Of a DNA stretch of 64,000 nt, positions 16,692 to 26,448 are shown piece after piece. The stretch spans positions 36,879 through 100,878 of the forward strand of contig CAVHNP010000001.1 of assembly GCA_963637505.1 (NCBI GenBank), in the 5' to 3' direction. This stretch comes from Prevotella sp. CAG:279. GTDB lineage: Bacteria; Bacillota; Clostridia; Lachnospirales; Lachnospiraceae. The notes under the pieces were generated by a model. That model saw nothing but the letters and a program-made list of their open reading frames with translations, ran no database searches and was not told the DNA's origin. A program made the position numbers and the translations under genes. Each line of letters begins with the position of its first letter. The stretch's first letter is position 1.

Positions 16692-19407
16692 TTATCTTCT
16701 CCACCTTGATCGCGCATACCTTATATTCCGGAATCCTGCAGATGGGGTCTAAGGCAGAGTTTGTCAGCCAGTTTGCATTGCCATCCGGGAAGTGGAAGGG
16801 CATCCAGGTTTCTCCTTCCGAAACCTTCTTTCCGACACGGGCAGTGGACTGAATACTTCCTCGTCTGGAAGAAACCCTTACCAGCTCTCCGTCCTTGATT
16901 CCGATTCTTGCGGCATCCATTTCGTTGATCTCGATAAAGGATTTTCCGGAAATCTCCATCATACCCGGAGTACGGCCTGTCATGGCACGGGTTGTGTAAT
17001 GATAGAGAATACGGCCTGTCATCAGATAGAGGGGATAATCCTTATCCGGAAGCTCGATCGGGTCTGAATATTCTGTCGGATAGAGCCAGCCGAGACCACG
17101 GGAGAATTTACCCACATGCATAATCGGTGTGCCCGGATGATCCTTGGTCGGGCAGGGCCACTGCAGGCCGTTTCCGGCAACCTCCTCGCTATCCAGCCTC
17201 TCGTGGGAAATACCGCCGAAGCTCGGTGTGAGAGAAGCAACCTCATCCATGATCTGGGCAGAAGTCAGATGCGGCTGCGGATAACCCATACGATTCATCA
17301 GATCAATGATGATATCGGTATCCAGACGGATATCGAATTCCGGATCCTTGGTCAGATCAACCGCCTTACGAACACGGCAGACCCTTCTTTCTGTATTGGA
17401 GAAGGTTCCTTCCTTTTCCGCATAGCTCATACCTGGCAGGATAACATCTGCGAATTCTGCTGTTTCCGTCATGAAAAGCTCCTGCACAACAAAGAAGTCC
17501 AGGCTGGAAAGAGCCTTACGGATATGAGTTGTATCCGGATCTGTAACCACAGGATCCTCTCCATAAATATAAAGTCCGCGGATTTCCTTCTTAATTGCTT
17601 TCGGGAATACATCGGTTGCAAAGGTACCGATATTCGGATCCAGTTCCACGCCCCAGGCCTTTTCGAATTTTGCACGGATGGCATCATCTGTTACATCCTG
17701 ATAGCCCGGGAACTTATTCGGCATAGCGCCCATATCGCAGCCACCCTGTACATTGTTCTGGCCACGAAGAGGGTTGACACCACAGCCGGACCGACCGATC
17801 TTACCGCAAAGCATAGCCATATTGGACATGGACATAACGCCAACCGTACCATTCGAGTGCTCTGTTACACCCAGACAGTAAATGATCGGTGCCTTGTCTG
17901 CTGTGGCATACATACGGGCAGCCTCGATCAGCTGATCCTTATCGATATGGCAGGCCTCTGCAACAACTTCCGGTGTATAATCCTTTACGATCTCCTTGAG
18001 AGTCTCATAGCCTTCTGTTCTTTCTGCAATGAACTTTTCGTCTACAAGACCTTCCTCGATCATAACATGCATCATACCGTTTGCGAACATAATATCTGTT
18101 CCCGGCTTTAATTTCAGATGAATATCGGCATACTTGGTAAGGCCGATATCTCTCGGATCTACAACGATCAGCTTGGTTCCCTTTCGAACCGCTTCACGGA
18201 TCTGCATACCGACTACCGGATGAGCTTCTTCCGGATTGGAACCAACCAGAAGGATACAGTCTACATCATGAGTGATATCGTAGATCGGATTTGTCATGGC
18301 ACCGGATCCGAGGGTAATGGCCAGTCCGGATACGGAAGCAGAATGGCAGACGCGGGCGCAGTTATCGGTATTATTATTTCCGAAGCAGCATCTTACCATC
18401 TTCTGAACCATGTAGATATCCTCATTCGGGGAACGGGAGCAGGCAAAACCGGCCAGAGAGCTGGAGCCATACTTCTTCTTGATCTCCATGAATTTAGAAG
18501 CGACCAGATCCAGGGCTTCATCCCAGGAAGCTCTTTCAAATTCACCTGTTTCCTTATTCTTGATCAAAGGATATTTGATACGATCCTTGGAATGAACAAA
18601 ATCAAAGCTGGCGGAACGTCCCTTGACACAGAGTCTGCCATGGTTGCTTGGTCCGTCTGCAGGCTCACAATCTACGATTTTATTATCTTTGACGATCAGA
18701 TCATACTGACAGCCTGTTGCGCAGTGGGGACAGGTGGTACGTACACGCTTGATTTCCCATTCACGATATTCTTTTCTTCTTTTTTCTTTTAAAGCACCGG
18801 TCGGACAGGCCATTGCACAGTTACCGCAGGATTCGCAAAGGGTATTCTTCCAGTTTTCTCCAAAGGGAGCATCGATTACGGTAAACATACCTGTCTTATC
18901 CAGTTCGATCGCGCCTCGTCCGGAAACATGATCACAGGTGCTGACACAGCGCATACAATGGATGCAAAGATTGGGATCATAGCTGAGGAAGGGATGCTCA
19001 TCCTTGGGTGCCGGATTGATCTTATAGCGGGTTCCCTCATAGCTGGTATAGTTTACGCCATAGTCATTGCAATATCTCTGCAGATCACAGATACCGTTAT
19101 TCGGACAGGAAAAACAATCCTGATGGTGGTTGGAGAGGAGAAGATCGAGCACGGTTTTTCTTGCTGCTACAACTCTCTCTGACATAGTATCGATCACCAT
19201 TCCTTCCTGCACTAAGGTATTGCAGGCCGGCGGCATTTTTTCCATTCCTTCTACATCAACAATACAAAGGCGACAGGAGCCGATCTCGTTTACTCCCTCC
19301 AGATAGCAGAGGGTCGGGATCTCGATGCCGGCGGATCTGGCTGCCTTTAAGATGGTCGTTCCTTCTTCTGCCTCAATGGCAATTCCGTTTATCGTTACAT
19401 GAATCAT
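16675..19407 (-). CDS. fdhA: Formate dehydrogenase alpha subunit, Cys-type paralog (910 aa)
   Basis: Colinear with 8966..11875 and shares blocks IPTLCYLE, NEIGSCRLC, LLLSNHHQDCFSC, GMFTVIDAPFGENW, RVRTTCPHCA, ASWDEALDLVASKF and NNTDNCARV. Cys replaces Sec. Confidence 0.9.
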   Translation of the reverse strand: MIHVTINGIAIEAEEGTTILKAARSAGIEIPTLCYLEGVNEIGSCRLCIVDVEGMEKMPPACNTLVQEGMVIDTMSERVVAARKTVLDLLLSNHHQDCFSCPNNGICDLQRYCNDYGVNYTSYEGTRYKINPAPKDEHPFLSYDPNLCIHCMRCVSTCDHVSGRGAIELDKTGMFTVIDAPFGENWKNTLCESCGNCAMACPTGALKEKRRKEYREWEIKRVRTTCPHCATGCQYDLIVKDNKIVDCEPADGPSNHGRLCVKGRSASFDFVHSKDRIKYPLIKNKETGEFERASWDEALDLVASKFMEIKKKYGSSSLAGFACSRSPNEDIYMVQKMVRCCFGNNNTDNCARVCHSASVSGLAITLGSGAMTNPIYDITHDVDCILLVGSNPEEAHPVVGMQIREAVRKGTKLIVVDPRDIGLTKYADIHLKLKPGTDIMFANGMMHVMIEEGLVDEKFIAERTEGYETLKEIVKDYTPEVVAEACHIDKDQLIEAARMYATADKAPIIYCLGVTEHSNGTVGVMSMSNMAMLCGKIGRSGCGVNPLRGQNNVQGGCDMGAMPNKFPGYQDVTDDAIRAKFEKAWGVELDPNIGTFATDVFPKAIKKEIRGLYIYGEDPVVTDPDTTHIRKALSSLDFFVVQELFMTETAEFADVILPGMSYAEKEGTFSNTERRVCRVRKAVDLTKDPEFDIRLDTDIIIDLMNRMGYPQPHLTSAQIMDEVASLTPSFGGISHERLDSEEVAGNGLQWPCPTKDHPGTPIMHVGKFSRGLGWLYPTEYSDPIELPDKDYPLYLMTGRILYHYTTRAMTGRTPGMMEISGKSFIEINEMDAARIGIKDGELVRVSSRRGSIQSTARVGKKVSEGETWMPFHFPDGNANWLTNSALDPICRIPEYKVCAIKVEKISDENS

Positions 19408-21242
19408 TCGTCTCTGCCTCCTTTCAATACACCACAGCCAAAGTGGTCACATCTCAGACAGCGGTTTGCTTCCTGCATGGCTTCTGCATGGGTCAGTTCT
19501 ACTTCCACGCCTTCAAAATCACATTTTCTGATGAAGGCCGGACGCTCCGTTACATTAACCCTTCCGGTCGGAACACGGTTATTTTCCTTCGCCGGCGGTA
19601 CCTCCACATTACAGGGGAGCTTATGATGATAGCCAAGGTATTCATCGATATTGTGGGCAGCAACCTTTCCTGCCGCAATGGCGCGAATAGCAGTAGAGGG
19701 GCCTGTTGCACAGTCACCTCCGACAAATACGCCTTCCATATCCTCCACTCTGGTAGTAAGAGAGGCCTCAAAAACGCCTCTGTTTGCCTTCATGCCGAAT
19801 TCTTCAAAAGGAGCGGAGATGATATCCTGGCCGACAGCGATCAGAACGATCTCACAGGGAACCCGGATCTCATCCTTCTCTGTATCCATAGGGCTGGGTC
19901 TTCCGGCACGATCATAAGGTCCGATCATCTGCGGCTTAACAAAGAGGGCAGTGGTATTGCCATTTTCATCCGCTTCAATGGACTTTGGTGCCATCAGGGT
20001 CATAAATTCAATACCCTCCTGCATGGCGGATTCGATCTCAGACTCTAATGCCGTCATATCTTCCTTTCGACGACGGTAGATAACACGGACATCCTTTGCT
20101 CCGCATCTGACAGAAGAACGGGCCGCATCCATGGCAACGTTTCCGCCACCAATGACACAGACGGTCTTGCCGGTATAATCCGGCTTTATGCCATTGCCGA
20201 TGCCATCCAGCATATCTACCGCAGAGTCAACACCCTTGGCATCTACATTGTCCAGACGAAGCTTTTTACCCTCCTGAGCGCCGATCGCAACAAAGAGGGC
20301 ATCATATTTTTCATGTAATTCCGCAATTTTTTCCGCTGTATCAATATGGGTATTGTATTTTACCTCGATATCACCTGCAGACAGAATGGCATTAGTATCC
20401 TCCTCCAAGCGGTTCTTCGGGAAACGGTAATTCGGAATACCATAGCGAAGCATGCCGCCCAGCTTATCATGGCGCTCATAGACAGTCACCTTATGTCCCA
20501 TCTGACCTAAGAAATAAGCACAGGTCAGACCTGCCGGGCCTCCGCCGATCACACCGATATGCTTGCCGGTGGAAGGATTTGCCTTTGGAACCTCGACCTT
20601 ATCTGCTGCGACCTGGTCGACTGCATATTTTTTCAGTCCTCGGATATTTACGGCATCATCGATCAGATTTCTCCTGCATCTTTCCTCACAGGGATGCTCA
20701 CAGATCATGGCACAGGCCGTCGGGAAAGGATTGTCCTTCCGGATCATATTAATAGAAGCGGCATAGTCCTCCTGACCGATCAGGGCAATATAGGCCGGTA
20801 CATCTACATGAGCCGGACACTGATGGATACAGGGCACCATCTGACCAGATTCACTCGGACAGACATGCTTCTTGATATGACTTTCGTATTCCTCTGCAAA
20901 GGTATCCAGTCCAGCCAGAACCTCCGCTGCGGACTGATAACCGATCGCACAATCAGAGGACTGGGTGATCATGGTTGCCAGACTTCTCATCTGATCTAAG
21001 GTCGTTTCATCAGCATCTCCATCCAGGATCTTCTTGAGAAGATTGGACAGCTGCGGCAGACCGTCCCTACAGGGTACACACTTTCCGCAGGTCTGGTTCA
21101 TGGAAGCCAGAAGAAAAGAATACTGTACCGTCAAAGGGCAGGTTCCCGGCGGATAAACCTCTACCTTTGTACTAAACTTATTCAAGATATTTTTAATTTT
21201 TACATCCGTGCTTTTGGGATCAGCTAGATATAGTTGACTCAT
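19404..21242 (-). CDS. FDH electron-transfer subunit paralog (NuoF-type FeS + GltD-like oxidoreductase)
   Basis: 612 aa, colinear with 7129..8973 and with the same motifs. It overlaps the fdhA(Cys) start by 4 nt. Confidence 0.85.
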   Translation of the reverse strand: MSQLYLADPKSTDVKIKNILNKFSTKVEVYPPGTCPLTVQYSFLLASMNQTCGKCVPCRDGLPQLSNLLKKILDGDADETTLDQMRSLATMITQSSDCAIGYQSAAEVLAGLDTFAEEYESHIKKHVCPSESGQMVPCIHQCPAHVDVPAYIALIGQEDYAASINMIRKDNPFPTACAMICEHPCEERCRRNLIDDAVNIRGLKKYAVDQVAADKVEVPKANPSTGKHIGVIGGGPAGLTCAYFLGQMGHKVTVYERHDKLGGMLRYGIPNYRFPKNRLEEDTNAILSAGDIEVKYNTHIDTAEKIAELHEKYDALFVAIGAQEGKKLRLDNVDAKGVDSAVDMLDGIGNGIKPDYTGKTVCVIGGGNVAMDAARSSVRCGAKDVRVIYRRRKEDMTALESEIESAMQEGIEFMTLMAPKSIEADENGNTTALFVKPQMIGPYDRAGRPSPMDTEKDEIRVPCEIVLIAVGQDIISAPFEEFGMKANRGVFEASLTTRVEDMEGVFVGGDCATGPSTAIRAIAAGKVAAHNIDEYLGYHHKLPCNVEVPPAKENNRVPTGRVNVTERPAFIRKCDFEGVEVELTHAEAMQEANRCLRCDHFGCGVLKGGRDE

Positions 21243-21349
21243 AACCCCTCCTTAATAATTTTTAATAAATAGTAAATATTTATAATAAACAAAAGAAAAG
21301 AAAAAAGATTCCTTCTCTTGTTCTTTTCCTAAAAAATGCAGGCAAATAG

Positions 21350-21387
21350 AATGCGAGAAAACAGGCCTTTGAAAAGACCTGTTCTCT
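21350..21387 (-). terminator. Terminator after the formate transporter gene
   Basis: A 12-bp stem that pairs fully only in the minus-strand RNA (two G-U pairs would be A-C/C-A on the plus strand), followed by a U-rich stretch. Confidence 0.5.
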
Positions 21388-21457
21388 GCGAGATGTACTT
21401 TTGTTATGCTGCCTTCTGTTCCGGCAAAGCCTGCCGCTTTCTGTCAGCCTTTGCTTT

Positions 21458-22282
21458 TTATGATTTTTTACCCTTCAGATAGCAGAACCAGTATACACCA
21501 CCGACCAGAACGGCACCACCGATAATGTTACCGAGCGTTACCGGCAGAAGGTTTGCTCCGAAATAATTAGCAACCGTAAGATTTGTCATATCCACACCGG
21601 CTTCCTGTGCTGCCTGTGCGTAAGCCGGAATCGTCTTTGCGAAAAGACCGGCACCGATATAATACATATCTGCAATGCTATGCTCAAATCCGCACAATAC
21701 GAACATCATGATCGGGAAGAAAAGTCCGACGATCTTACTTACAACGTCCTTTGCCGCAAAGGAGATCCATACGGCAATACAGACAAGGAAGTTACAAAGG
21801 ATACCCTTGATCAGCGCATCGCTAAAAGGCATGGAGCACTTTGTGGCTGCGGTAGAAATAACAGAAACAGCAAGCCCGTTGTTAAAGAGACTGATCTGAT
21901 GGCTGTATACCACACCTGCCGCAAGCAGAAGACTTCCGATCAGGTTTCCGATATAAACAAAAACCCAGTTCTTCAGCATACCTCCAAGGGAGATCTCCTT
22001 CTGCAGAAGCGGAATCGTCAGAAGACAGTTTCCGGTAAAAAGCTCGCTTCCTGCGATCAGTACCATGGTCAGTCCGCCCGGGAATACACAGGCTCCGACG
22101 AATTTACCTACCGAGGCCAGAGGGATGGAAACCGCAACCGTAGTAGAGCTGATTCCTCCGACTCCGATAAAGATCCCTGCAAAAATGCCCAGAAGAATCA
22201 TCTTCGGAATGGGCGTATTAACTTTTGCCTTTCCTGTTGCTATATAATTTGCTGCAACGTCAGCTGGTGAAAAAAAGTTCAT
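21458..22282 (-). CDS. focA: Formate/nitrite transporter (FNT) family channel
   Basis: 274-aa polytopic membrane protein with an FNT-like sequence. The formate assignment rests on context next to FDH. Confidence 0.75.
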   Translation of the reverse strand: MNFFSPADVAANYIATGKAKVNTPIPKMILLGIFAGIFIGVGGISSTTVAVSIPLASVGKFVGACVFPGGLTMVLIAGSELFTGNCLLTIPLLQKEISLGGMLKNWVFVYIGNLIGSLLLAAGVVYSHQISLFNNGLAVSVISTAATKCSMPFSDALIKGILCNFLVCIAVWISFAAKDVVSKIVGLFFPIMMFVLCGFEHSIADMYYIGAGLFAKTIPAYAQAAQEAGVDMTNLTVANYFGANLLPVTLGNIIGGAVLVGGVYWFCYLKGKKS

Positions 22283-22322
22283 TTCGTTTGACTCCTTTCG
22301 ATGTTATGTCTTTCTTTTTCAA

Positions 22323-22340
22323 ATTATATCATGCTATAAT
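22323..22340. promoter_or_regulatory. Back-to-back extended -10 elements (minus TGATATAAT for focA, plus TGCTATAAT for pucR)
   Basis: attatatca|tgctataat was read directly. It forms an imperfect palindrome centred on CATG. Confidence 0.45.
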
Positions 22341-22350
22341 GACCTAATAA

Positions 22351-22366
22351 TTGTGCAGAATGTCAC
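22351..22366. promoter_or_regulatory. Second copy of the TTGTGCAG-N5-CAC motif
   Basis: ttgtgcagaatgtcac. The 9-mer attgtgcag is identical to 6967-6975. Confidence 0.35.
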
Positions 22367-22439
22367 CTAATTCAAAAAAATAATGTGCACATTTATAACT
22401 CTTGGTTATATTTATAACAAGCAAACGGAACTATATGTT

Positions 22440-24074
22440 ATGAAACTTTCTATTGGTACACTTTTTAATAAATTATGTTCAACTACAGATTATGATGCCT
22501 ATGGGATCGATCCGGAGCAGAAGATCGAAGGCATTAAGCTTTTTTCCTCCGATGAGGAATACCATGAACCGGATGATTGTCTTTATCTGGTCTCCAATTC
22601 CTTTGTAAAAAGTCATATTTCGACCCTGATCAGCCGGCAGGTGCTTTCCCATCACATCTATCTCTGCATCCTTCCGGAGAGGGAAGAGCTGCCAAAGGAA
22701 ATAACTGACAGTCTTTCCATTCTTTTCTTATATTCAAAGGATTCTTCTATTGTCGTATTTAATCAGATCCTGAATCTTTTCCATAAATTCACAAAATGGG
22801 AGTCTGCCTTATCCGATGCCATGCTGCAGAATCTGGAGCTGCAGGAGATCATAGAGGTCTGTCAGGACATTCTTTCCTGTCCCCTGGTCATTCTGGATCG
22901 AAGCTATCGGGTGATCGGTTCTTATAAGCCGGAGGATATCAATCCGCCCATTTTCCGGGATGTGGAAGAAAAGGGCTATCTAAGCTCCGAAACGGTTCAT
23001 ACCCTGATCCGTCTGGGGGTCATTCCCCTTTCGAATTCTCTTGGTCAGTCTGCCAGCCGGCAGACGCTTAGCAATACAGCAAACGGAGAATTCTTCAGTT
23101 ACTGGGAGCCCCTTCAGGTCAACGGGCATATCGTTGCTTACATGCTTTGGCTCCTTGCCGATGAGAAGGCCTATGAAAATGAAAAATATCTGATCTCTTA
23201 TTTTACGGAAAATATCAGCCGTTATTTCAGAAACGGTCGTTATAATTCCTCGGCTTCCTCTGATATGAAAGAATCCCTTTTGATCGATATCCTGGATCAT
23301 CCTCATGACCCGGCCGCTTCCTACGAAGAAAGGGTGAAGATGATCATGTATTGCGAGATGGAAGGCTCCTTTATTCTCTCTAAGATTGAATATGACAATA
23401 TGAACCGCCTTCCCTTTGATATCCTGAGCTGGCATCTTCATAATCTCTCCCCGGATTATGTGCCCTTTGTTCACAACAATTCTCTCTATCTTTTCCGGCC
23501 CTATGTGCCCGGTGACAGCGGGGAGCAGCTGTCTGATACAGCTGTCAAAAAAAGAAATGAGATTGGGGAGCTTTTTCAGGATATTTCCTTCGCTGTCGGA
23601 ACGAGTGATCCCTTCTATTCCCTGATGGATCTGTCAAAGGCGGCGGAGCAGTGCAACATTGCCCTGCGTTACCGCAACCTTTCTCATAAAAGGAAGGAGC
23701 CTTTCATTGCCTTTCGGGATATTTATCTCCTCTATCTGGCAAAGAAATCCGCAGATGCCTTTCATGGAGAGATGCTGATCACCTCAGAGTATAAAATGCT
23801 CAAGCAGTTCGACAAGGATCACAAGAATAATCTTACCGATGTGATGTTTGTCTATCTGTCGAACCGGCAAAATATCAATAAGACGGCCGAAAAGATGTTT
23901 ATGCACCGCAATACGGTGATGAATAAAATCAAAAAGGCTTATGCCGTTGTAAATAATGATTTTGAGAACTTCCACGATTCCGCTTCCTTTATCATTTCCT
24001 ATTATCTGGATGTGATGGAGAAGGACAGCAACAGTCTGGATGACACTACCATGTATTTATTGCGAAATATATAG
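22440..24074 (+). CDS. PucR/CdaR-family transcriptional regulator
   Basis: C-terminal PucR HTH (NKTAEKMFMHRNTVMNKIKKAY). Start placed at MKLSIG; the start is uncertain because the RBS is weak. Confidence 0.75.
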   Translation: MKLSIGTLFNKLCSTTDYDAYGIDPEQKIEGIKLFSSDEEYHEPDDCLYLVSNSFVKSHISTLISRQVLSHHIYLCILPEREELPKEITDSLSILFLYSKDSSIVVFNQILNLFHKFTKWESALSDAMLQNLELQEIIEVCQDILSCPLVILDRSYRVIGSYKPEDINPPIFRDVEEKGYLSSETVHTLIRLGVIPLSNSLGQSASRQTLSNTANGEFFSYWEPLQVNGHIVAYMLWLLADEKAYENEKYLISYFTENISRYFRNGRYNSSASSDMKESLLIDILDHPHDPAASYEERVKMIMYCEMEGSFILSKIEYDNMNRLPFDILSWHLHNLSPDYVPFVHNNSLYLFRPYVPGDSGEQLSDTAVKKRNEIGELFQDISFAVGTSDPFYSLMDLSKAAEQCNIALRYRNLSHKRKEPFIAFRDIYLLYLAKKSADAFHGEMLITSEYKMLKQFDKDHKNNLTDVMFVYLSNRQNINKTAEKMFMHRNTVMNKIKKAYAVVNNDFENFHDSASFIISYYLDVMEKDSNSLDDTTMYLLRNI

Positions 24075-24134
24075 CCAACTCCCCCGGATAAGGGCAGTGG
24101 GCTTTCGTCTACGAGAAAGGAAAGGCTTTTATTT

Positions 24135-25340
24135 ATGAAAGAAAGAATCAGCTGGCAGGAGGCAAGAGACCTCCTCCTCGAAAAAACATCCCCCATTTCC
24201 TCCGAACTTCTTCCTTTAGAAGAAGCTTACGGTCGGATCTGTGCGGAGGATCTTGTCGCAAGAAGCTCTGTCCCGCCCTTTGACCGCTCTCCCTTTGACG
24301 GCTACGCCTTTCGAAGTGCAGATACCAAGGGAGCTCTTCCTGTTACCCTTTCCATTTTGGAGGAAATTCCGGCAGGCTCTGTGCCCGGCAAAAAGGTAAC
24401 AGAGGGAACTGCATCCAAGATCCTGACCGGCGCTCCCATGCCGGAAGGAGCCGATGCCGTTACAAAGTTCGAGGAAACAGACTTTACCGAGCAGGAGGTA
24501 ACCCTGAAAAGAGCCTATGCCTATGATGAAAATGTGATCCATAAGGGAGAGGATATTCAGGAAGGAGATTTGCTTGCTTCAAAGGGGCAGGAGATTGACG
24601 GTCCCCTTGCAGGTACCTTCGCTTCCCAGTCTATTCCGACCGTTCGGGTCTTTGCCCGCCCCAGGATCGGTATCATTACCAGCGGAAGCGAGCTTTTTGA
24701 AGCAGGAAGCAGGGCAGAAGAGGGACAGATTCCCAACTCCAACCGCTATTCCTTTGAAGGTGTCATCCAAAAGGCCGGCTGCATTCCGGTCTATCTGGGA
24801 ACGCCCGGCGATTCTGTAGAAGAGATTTCTGCTCTGATCCAAAAAGGCCTTTCCGAATGTGATGCGATCCTTACCACCGGCGGCGTTTCCGTGGGAGATT
24901 ATGATCTGACCAAGGCTTCTTATGAAGCACTGGGCACGGAGATTCTCTGCGGCAACCTGAAGCTGAAACCGGGCGGAAAAAGCTGGTACGGTCTTCTGGA
25001 CGGAAAGTTTCTCTTTGGTTTATCCGGAAACCCTGCTTCTGCCTTAACGAATTTTTATGCGGTTGTTCTGCCGGTACTTCGCAAATTAAGCGGCAGAAAT
25101 CCCTACTATCCGGAAGTTTCCGCCTATCTGGCAGAGGACTTCGGGAAAAAGAGTAAACAGCCCCGCCTTCTTCGCGGAAACCTGGATTTTCAGGAAGGAA
25201 AGCTCTATTTTAAGGCAGCAAAACAACAGGGAAACGGTGCACTGCATACCATGTCCGGTGCAAATGCCATGGCCTATATCGAGGCCGGCAGCTCTCCGAT
25301 CCCTGCAGGCAGTCTGCTGAAGGTCTTTTATATCGGATAA
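24135..25340 (+). CDS. moeA: Molybdopterin molybdotransferase MoeA
   Basis: 401 aa with full-length MoeA architecture (PPFDRSPFDGYA..., TTGGVSVGDYD). Confidence 0.9.
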   Translation: MKERISWQEARDLLLEKTSPISSELLPLEEAYGRICAEDLVARSSVPPFDRSPFDGYAFRSADTKGALPVTLSILEEIPAGSVPGKKVTEGTASKILTGAPMPEGADAVTKFEETDFTEQEVTLKRAYAYDENVIHKGEDIQEGDLLASKGQEIDGPLAGTFASQSIPTVRVFARPRIGIITSGSELFEAGSRAEEGQIPNSNRYSFEGVIQKAGCIPVYLGTPGDSVEEISALIQKGLSECDAILTTGGVSVGDYDLTKASYEALGTEILCGNLKLKPGGKSWYGLLDGKFLFGLSGNPASALTNFYAVVLPVLRKLSGRNPYYPEVSAYLAEDFGKKSKQPRLLRGNLDFQEGKLYFKAAKQQGNGALHTMSGANAMAYIEAGSSPIPAGSLLKVFYIG

Positions 25341-25405
25341 AATAGGGGCTTAAACCATAAAAGCACCTACACATAAAGGCTCTTTTTTAGAGAAAGGATT
25401 TAACG

Positions 25406-26434
25406 ATGAAAAAAATAAAAACAAAGGATGCCGTCGGACAGATTCTCTGTCACGACATTACCGGTATCGGAAAAGATTTTAAAGGTCCTGTTTTCAAGCG
25501 GGGCCATGTGATTCAGGAAGAGGATCTGGAAAGGCTCTATGATCTGGGCAAGCAGAATATCTTTGTCTGGGAGGAAAATGCCGGAGAGATTCACGAAGAG
25601 GATGCTGCCTTAAGGCTGGCAGAGATCTCCAAGACAGAGGGTGCAAGCTTTACCGGTCCCTCCGAGGGTAAAATGGTGCTGACTGCAGACCGCCCCGGCA
25701 TGCTCCGCGTAAATGTAGACCTCTTAAACCGGATCAATTCCATCGGAGATATCACCATCTCCACCCTGCCGGATCACTATCCCTGTCATAAGGGATCCAA
25801 GCTGGCAGCCATGCGAATCGTTCCCCTTGTCACAGAGGAAAGCCAGATCATCGAGGCGGAAAAGATTGCCAAAGAGGCAGATCGTCCCCTGATCGACTTT
25901 TTACCCTATCAGGAAAAGAAGATCGGTATCATTATTACCGGCAGCGAGATCTATAACGGCCGTATTGAAGACCTCTTCGAAGAAGTCATCAGGAGAAAGG
26001 CAGCTCAGTATCCGACTCAGATTCTCGGCGCTAAGATCTGTGACGATGATCTGGATATGTTAGATCAGGCCATCGCTTCTTACCTGGAAGAGGGAGCCGA
26101 CATCATTGTCATGACAGGCGGTATGTCCGTGGATCCGGATGACCTGACCCCGACCGCTATTCGCCGATCCGGTGCAAAGATCGTCCGTCACGGAACTCCT
26201 TCCCAGCCGGGCAACATGCTTCTGGTATCCTATTTAAATGATACAGCCATCATCGGTGTTCCGGGTGCGGCCGTAAGACAGCCAACCACCACCTTTGATG
26301 TCATCCTTCCTCAGCTGATGACAGGCTTAAAGCTGACCTACGAGGATCTGGTTCATCTCGGAGACGGCGGCTTTTGTCAGAGCTGCGGAACAGAGGCCTG
26401 TCAGTGGCCCAACTGTACCTTCGGCAGATATTAA
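25406..26434 (+). CDS. MoeA-related molybdopterin-binding protein with a C-terminal 4-Cys motif
   Basis: 342 aa with a MoCF-biosynthesis domain (MTGGMSVDPDD). The C-terminus reads CQSCGTEACQWPNC. Confidence 0.7.
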   Translation: MKKIKTKDAVGQILCHDITGIGKDFKGPVFKRGHVIQEEDLERLYDLGKQNIFVWEENAGEIHEEDAALRLAEISKTEGASFTGPSEGKMVLTADRPGMLRVNVDLLNRINSIGDITISTLPDHYPCHKGSKLAAMRIVPLVTEESQIIEAEKIAKEADRPLIDFLPYQEKKIGIIITGSEIYNGRIEDLFEEVIRRKAAQYPTQILGAKICDDDLDMLDQAIASYLEEGADIIVMTGGMSVDPDDLTPTAIRRSGAKIVRHGTPSQPGNMLLVSYLNDTAIIGVPGAAVRQPTTTFDVILPQLMTGLKLTYEDLVHLGDGGFCQSCGTEACQWPNCTFGRY

Positions 26435-26448
26435 AGGATTTCTTTATC

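Noticed and set aside
17116-18792. 331-aa and 224-aa plus-strand ORFs inside the Cys-type fdhA, and the analogous minus-strand ORFs inside 7129..11875.
   Set aside because: These are shadow ORFs opposite highly conserved FDH coding sequence.
24075-24134. Looked for a Moco/Tuco riboswitch upstream of moeA, and also upstream of modA (29748-29839) and moaB (27400-27486).
   Set aside because: The spacers are only 60-90 nt, and I could not find the conserved Moco-motif core or a multi-stem junction. An Infernal scan with RF01055 would settle it.
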